From positions 1,178,001-1,242,000 of the forward strand of contig NW_027270954.1 of the NCBI RefSeq assembly GCF_040938485.1: DNA of 64,000 nucleotides, in the 5' to 3' direction. Positions 54,301 through 62,300 of this stretch are shown here, in pieces. The stretch comes from Diadema antillarum (taxonomy: Eukaryota). The notes beneath the pieces are model-generated. The model saw only the letters and a list, made by a program, of their open reading frames with translations, was not told the DNA's origin and did no database searches. How positions within the stretch are numbered: the stretch's first letter is position 1; every line of letters starts with the position of its first letter. A program made the position numbers and the translations under genes.

Positions 54301-57300
54301 CGATCAGTGCATAATACATACTCCACTTATGCATCCATATGTTTATTCAGATATCGATGACTGCCTGTCTTCGCCCTGCCTTAATGGAGGGACCTGTCTT
54401 GACAAACTCCATGCCTACCAGTGCATCTGCCCGCGGGGTTTTAACGGTTCGCTCTGCGAGACTCACGCTGATCTTTGCGATGACCATTCTTGTCAAAATG
54501 GCGGGACGTGTTCCTCAGTCAATGGCACGGTCGTCTGTTCTTGTTTTGAAGACTACGTCGGTACCTTCTGTGAAATCCCCATAGGTAATTTATGTATTCT
54601 ATAATTTATTGAGATTTTCAGTTCGATTATGTGTCGGTCCGTGTATGACATTGATTTCATGCTTTTATACAAAGCAAGTCCTAAAGCATAGAATGTAAAT
54701 TGGGCAGAACAATGCGTAATACCCGAATCAAATCATGCCATCAAGTGCATTTAATTGCCTTGGATCTATAAATATAAATAAATGTAAGCATGAATAAACA
54801 TCAAAGTATGATGTTTATTTCAATTGACTCTGATTATCCAAATTTTCCTGAGAAATTACTGAGATAGGCCTAGGTGTGTTTGCAATTATTTTACACTGGA
54901 GGTTCAGTTAATTAATTAGATAATTCACGTTGTACTAAGTTCTTCATTGATTATTGATTTTCGGCATGCAGTGCACGGTGGTTGGGGAAACTGGTCAACG
55001 TGGGGAGTTTGTTCGGCAAGCTGTGCGGGAGGGACGCGTCAGAGGAGCCGGGAGTGTATCAACCCTCCACCAAACGAGTTCGGCAGGTCATGTTCAGGAT
55101 CAAACATCTCCATTGAGGAATGCAACACCAATGAATGTCCAGGTGAAATAATCAGTTCTTGATATATAAAATCTCCCAGATAAACTCAAGTATCAAAAAT
55201 AACTAAAAGTATTAACATGTCCAAATTCAAGAAAATCTTCCGTCGAGATGTTTTCAATTTGCAATTCAATTCGCGTTTATTTCATTCAAACAGATAAAAA
55301 CATTCAGACAAGGTATATAAATAAATTCAAATTGACAATACAAATGTAACAGAATGTGGAGACAGCAAGAAAAACAAAGTTTCATAAGCAGCTGCCACCA
55401 TAACAAAAGCATTTATAATAAAAGTCATACTAAGTCGTACAAATAAATGTGCATAGATATTAAAGCCAAAGTAATTGAAAATACATGTTCTACAACAGAC
55501 ACATAAAGAGACAAAAAAACAAAACAACAAAAATACAAAGACAGAGTAGTACCCGAATGCGTAGATTACTTTTCTTTTTCCAATAAGAATAATTTAAATT
55601 TTCGTTTAAAAAACATTTATAGATGGAACTCATTTTAATTGGCTGTGGCAAGTTATTCCAAATTAAAGGTCCTCTATACAAAACAGAATATAAACCAACA
55701 TTGTTTTATTAAGAGATAAATGAACATTCAGAAGATTTCTCAAACAATACGATAAATAACACTATTTAACTGAAAAAAAAGGAAGGGAGACTTGGGGGAA
55801 TGCAGTTTGTAAAACATAAACACATAAATACACCAATATTGTAATTGTTCAATTCAAAAATATCTAAAACCTTACATTTCATTTTAAAAAAAGGTTTAGT
55901 GGAGGCAAGATTATTGGCGTGACATATAATTCTTACTGCTTTCTTCTGCAGACGGAAAAGTCTGACCATAGAATAATTTGATGTATTTGCCCAAGCAATG
56001 TTACCATATTGAAGTTGACTTAATACAATAGCGTTATAAATCATACATTAAATATTGTGAGGAAAATTTCGTAATTTGTATACCGATACATTAAGAAATC
56101 TTGTTACAGACTGAATCAATATGTTTATGCTAAGATAATTTATTATCAATAATGACGCCAAGAAATGACAATGAACTCGTAATTATAAGATTGTTATTCA
56201 TATGAATTGCTGAATTCAGTATATCAATTTTCTTATTAGTACAAATCATACATTGAGTTTTCTTCACATTCAAAACTAATGTATTTTTTTATTCAAAACT
56301 AATTCATATTTATATTTTCATTGCAACTGATTGACAAATTGCCCTACATCGACGTGAATAAGCACTGAATTGATTATTGATATGTGTTGATCATCTAAAA
56401 CAGGAAAGTCTGGTTGCTGTAATATGAACGATGCGATTTCTTTCATGACTTAATTTCTCCTTTTGAGATAACTGCGTTTCTCTCTTTGTTGATGTAAGAA
56501 TAACGTTGGAGCGCATGTTTGCTTTTCAACGGCTGTTACAATGCAATGATCCTACGCGTGTTATATGATTAATTTGATTCTTTCTTCATTGCTGTAAAGC
56601 AGCGATCACAGGGAGAATATAATAAAAATGTTGTACTTTGTCATCACTAGTTTGTATTATGCTACAGGCTCCTCGGAAGTGAATACTTGATGATCATTAT
56701 CAACTATCTAATTCTTTACTCACCATATAGGATGTCCGCCTCTGATCGCTCCTGTTAATGGCAGCGTTCACTGCATCAAAAATAACAATACACACAACTG
56801 TACGATTCGATGCGACGATTCAGAACATGATTTTGTTCAGCCTGTCAAGCCATTCTACACGTGCGGCCCCGCCACCAACTTTGCCTGGAGTCACCAGAGT
56901 CTCTTCAACCGTCTTGGCACCCTGCCGGCCTGCAGGAGTACGTTATGAGTAGCAGCAGTAGTAGCAGTAGTAGTAGTAGTAGTAGTGGTAGTAGTAGTCG
57001 AAGTAGTCGTAGCAGTAGTAGTAGTAGTAGTAGTATAAAGGCGGTGGGATTAGTAGTAATTTCTGGTGCAGAAGTAGTACTACTAACGACTATTAGGCCT
57101 AATCATGAAAATAATACTGATGATAATGATGGTAATGACTGCTCCCCAGACATACTCAAAATACTTTACGCAGGCGTCCAAAGCACATCTAGGATGAGGG
57201 TAACATTCAACCAAGTGAGTTCTGTACGGGCTTGTAACTAGGTTTGGAACAAAACGCCATGATCACATCACAAAGTGCTTCACTAATGTACTGAAACACT

Positions 57301-59076
57301 TCGCATCATTCGCCATGTGTATTGTCTTGAGATAAGGAATGGCTTGTTTCATCTCCGGAAGCAAGGCATTGCAGGTGTTTTCTTATAGTTTCATTGAAAC
57401 CTGTCAGTATTTTAAGCTTATAATTATGTTCTAACGAATGCGGTGGATAGCATAAATTATCGTCATCACAGATTTATTATGACTGAAGGATTCCCTATAC
57501 GGGAAAAACCTGCACGAAATGTGCGCGGGGTGGGGGGATTGGGATTTGCGTCCCAATGCCGACTACTGCAGCTCTTGTCGCTCCTACATAAATTCCACAA
57601 CAACGTAACTTTTAGCAGGGAACTACAGTGTTGCATTTAAATGTCACTTCGGTCTGTCGGAGTATGACCGCATAATAACCGAAGCATAACCGAACTAGGA
57701 ACGAAGTATAACCGAAGTGTCATGGATGACCCGTGTCGCAACCTCGCAACAGTTCAAGAACTCTCCTTGATTTTAGTTCCTCTGAAGTGGGATATTTCCA
57801 TATTCAACAAGTGCTGTACCTCAAGTTTACTTTGTGTTGTGTTTGAAACTCGTGCAGAGATCGAGTCTCCGAACTCTCTGGAAGCATCGGTTGTTTTCAC
57901 CTACCCCGACACCTCGTGTACCTCGGATGCCGCCAGGGACGAACTGCAACAGACTTTCACATCCACTCTCCGCAATGTGTCGCACCTTCTCAGTTGTGAC
58001 CTTAACTTGGACTGTGACATTGAAGATATAGAGGTAAATAAAAAAAGAGCACTCTCCATATTCTAATGGATTGGTAAATAAAGTAAGTTATTCATTTTAG
58101 ATTAATGCCTCATTTTAATGTTTGTTTAATCCTATAACCAGGCCTGGCTTTTTTGTCTGTTCTGTGGCCGGGGGAGGGTTGATTCAACCCCCCCCCCCCC
58201 CCGAGATCTCGGCCGTCGATCGCGAAATCGCCCTGAAATTTGGCACATACAGTACATTACTTGTCGCGTAATCTACCAAACTATAAAAGAAAAAATATGA
58301 TTTTTTTTTAATCGTTTATATTTCATATTAACTAATATGCGTTAAATCATAAATTTTGCTCTAATTAAGAAATTAAATCTAATGGCATCCTAAGTTTTTG
58401 GTGACATTATTCCTTGTAGCATTCCTAACAGTGTACTTGAAAAAAAATCTGGTATCAAAGTTAGTTTCTTATGTATTCTATTGTTTTATGAATTTGTTAT
58501 GTATTTCATTGTTTTTGGACCTTTTGTTATTGTTTTTTTCGTTTCTTGTTCACAAAACTTATTACAGAACCTATTTTAAGCATAATTATGCTAAAATTAA
58601 TTGATTTCAGCCATTGAAAGTGAAAATAATAATATCTTTATGAATAAGGTGAGAAAACTCTATTTGCATAGACTTTGTACACAAAATCACGTTTTTGAGC
58701 CATTTTCGGTCTGACAAGCATGAATAATAGGTCGTGCAGCGTCGTAACGTTATGTCCAATTTTCGCGAAGTAAGATGAAGACAAGATGTGCGAGACTTGA
58801 GACTCAGCGAGCGGCGCAGTCAAAAAAATTTCGCGCGGCAGAATAGTCGCAGAAAACGTCGAGGGGGGGGGGGGTTGATTCAACCCCCGGCCCTTTAAGG
58901 GTTAAGGTGTCAAGCGAACTGATTATCGATGCAAATATCACTATAAGAGTATAATATATGTATTTACATAATCATATGATACATTATATATGTATGTATA
59001 TAATATATAATCATATGTGATACAAAAATATGTGTAAATGTATATTTGCGTATTAAAGCCAACATGACAATACTCC

Positions 59077-59118
<42 letters not shown>

Positions 59119-59338
59119 ACCTCATCTCCCTCTTTCCCTCACACACACTCATTAGATAAGCAACTGTGCCAATCGCAGAAAACGAGCAGTGGTAGATGAA
59201 CCCGTCAGGATTTCTGTCGTCGCCAAGAAGAATTTCTCGTCAACATCCGGGGAATCTGGTATGGGTTAAAAGCATCTCCGAAATAAGAGAAGTTTGTGGG
59301 CAGACTTTAAAAAAAAACTTTGTACTTTGTTTTTCCCC

Positions 59339-59370
<32 letters not shown>

Positions 59371-62300
59371 GTGTTGCGGGGGGAGGGGGGGTATTAAGCA
59401 TTGCATGCTGGGTTTTTTTTCTCTGATTCACCCAGACGAAGCAATCAAAATACACCGTAGTCACAGTATTGTTCGTTAAAAAAAAGCAAACTATCAAAAT
59501 AAGATATATCAAAATATTGCTCAAATTCAGGAAATTATGTTACAGAATCAAACTCCAATTACTAGAAGTGCTTTTATACTTGGTTCTACAGAAAACCTGA
59601 AGTGTTACAACGTGCTTTATTTGTTTGCAAAATACTTAAAATCATATTTTCTATCCGAAATAAAAAGAAATCATTACGTTTCAGCCAATTTTGTCCAGTT
59701 TTAAGCAAGTGAAGAAAGTAGACAAATATGTCTGAGAAAACTAAAGGTTTTGTATTTTAAAATTAATCGGAATCGTATTCATATTATTTAGATGTTCCGT
59801 AGCTGCCTGTCAAATTTGTATTATTTGTCTTTATCGTCTTTATCATATGTGACATTTATTTTGTACATGAATGTTTCAGTAAACAAAATTTCAAGGTAAA
59901 ACAAAACAGATATCATGTCAATAATTTGAGAAGAATGGTGTTGAATCGTCTTGCACTGCGATGTAATTTCCGTCAACAGGTGCGCAGACATACGACAAAA
60001 TGCGCTCAAGTCTGCTCACGCTCATGGCTAACGGATCGTTAACATTGACAATCAATGGGCGACAGCATGCCCTTGATCCAGACGCCGTCACGGGACAAGT
60101 CAAGCTCGTCTGCCCCGAGGGCTTCGGCGAGACTGCTACTGGTGGCTGCTGTAAATATCTCGCTGAAACTGCATTGTATAGACATCCTTGGCAACGTGTT
60201 CTGATTTTGGGCCTACGCAGACTTTTTTTGACAATTTCATCGCAAAACCTATGTCGAAGTTTTTAATTAAGTTGTCTCCCAGATAGTTGCACTCTGATCG
60301 TAAAGACTGTAAGGTCTGCAACAAAGTTTGTCTCATTTCTTACACAGTATCGATTATACAAATCCAATGTAAGCACATTAAACAGTGCAAGGAGTGACAC
60401 AAATCGAAGATATTCTCATACGGCGTAGACATTTCCCTAGGTATGAGATAAGCGTTACATTGATTATTTCAGTTTAGTCTGCACACCCACTCTCAGTAAG
60501 AAAGCCACTTTTCCTACACATTCATAGCTCTGCCTTGAGGAATTCATGATCTATTAAATTGTTGAAAGGAGATAAATTTCATACATAATGTCAAAATACT
60601 CCCATACCTATATTATGATTCTTTGTGTTCTACTTTATTATTACCACTTTCCTAGTATTGATTGTTATCATTGCTATCCTTGCTGCCTCATACCAGTTGA
60701 ACCTGAATTAATCCTTTGTGTAATATAACAAAATAACCATACTAAAATCCTGAAAAAAGCAAAATTTGTCTTCAGGAATGTATTTTTTATCTATCGCAAG
60801 TGTGCCCATTCCCTCCTCTCCCCCAAATAGTGTGCAAATGTTGTGTATTATAATCAACATCCTCTCTTTCTCTCTCAGCACTGTGCCCCATTGGAACGTT
60901 TCAGTATGTGCTGAATGAGACGCGGAGCTACTGTGTTCCTTGCCTACCAAACTCTTATCAGGATGAAGAGGGACGGACGGAATGTTCTCCCTGCCCAGAC
61001 GGCATGATTACCATCGATTTCTCGTCCACAAAGTCATCCGATTGTATTAGTACGAATATTTCATAACTATTCAATACATGCTACCTCTCACTTTGTCTTT
61101 AAAAGTATCTTAAGATAATACCTTATGCATCGAAGATTGGTAACAAACTGTATATTAACAGAAGCAGATGACAAATTGTATAATCACGACAGTAATGATG
61201 AAAATGACAGTTACGATTATCTGACAGGAAGAATAATTCGAAAAAGGACAAGCATAATAAAAAGAAGAAGAAAATTTGACCGATGATATTTTGACATAAA
61301 TTCAAATACATTTTTTTTTCTAAAAAGAAAGAACTACGCTAAGTATACAATATCAGTACTATAATTGAGGTCGTCCTCATTTTTTTTCTTGATTTTCTTT
61401 TTCATTTTCCCTGTTGTATTCACCAAAAAGTGGCTTGCCCTGAGGGAATGTATCATGATATAAAGAATCCGACGGTAGAGGACGCTGCACCTTGCCGACC
61501 CTGTCCCAGGAACACGTACCAGAACGAGACGGGGCAAGCGCGTTGCACCGGTTGTCCTGAGGGTTACGTCACTCTTCAATCTGGTTCGGAAGACGTCACT
61601 GACTGTGTTGGTGAGACAAGTCACTTTACTTTTTGTGTTTTACTGATCTGACCATTTCATTTGTCAGAGGGTTTTTTTTGGGGGGGGGGAGGTTTGGTTT
61701 TTTGACTCCAGACTAAATGCAGAGATAGGTATACACCGAATCGACTTATATCTTTTAAATTCAAGATAACAAAAAGTTGACTACCGCCTGCGAATTTCCA
61801 ACAGCGGCTAACGTTTCTAGTCATCAACCCTTAGGGAATATACGAGTCAAATATTCAGTGGTTTTCGTATTCTTTAAATTTACTGCAATTGAAAGTATTT
61901 CGATCAATTAGTTTAAAAAATTTCTGGTCTTTCATCTTCCAGTTTAAAATGTCGGATTTTTTTTTATTTTTAATGTTTTGGTTTTCCTGAGCGTAAGAGA
62001 GATCCAGAGTGCACAACAGCATGTTAACATAAAGATATTAACAGAATCAATGAAAAGATAGGTAGTACATAAATATTGACACTTTGGATCAGTGTAACAG
62101 CTTTATAATTGCATATTACAGTACAGTATAGTTACTTTAAGATCTTAAGCGAAATATTATTCAGACTGTGCGCTCTATACAACCTCTCAACAAGTTTTAT
62201 TCTTTACTTTCTCGAAAAATAATTTCTGGGGACTTTTTTTGCCGTGATCGTGGTAGTACTATAATTTATCTCGGTTTGTTGTTCTTTTCATGATTTCGAG

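Noticed and set aside
42509-54584. Notch, Delta/Serrate, Crumbs or fibropellin gene
   Set aside because: No LNR, ankyrin, DSL, CUB or avidin domain is visible, and the EGFs are phase-linked to GCC, HYR and CCP exons, as in SVEP1/Uif.
56861-57241. Poly-serine protein
   Set aside because: Out-of-frame read-through from exon 46 into an intronic (AGT)n microsatellite.
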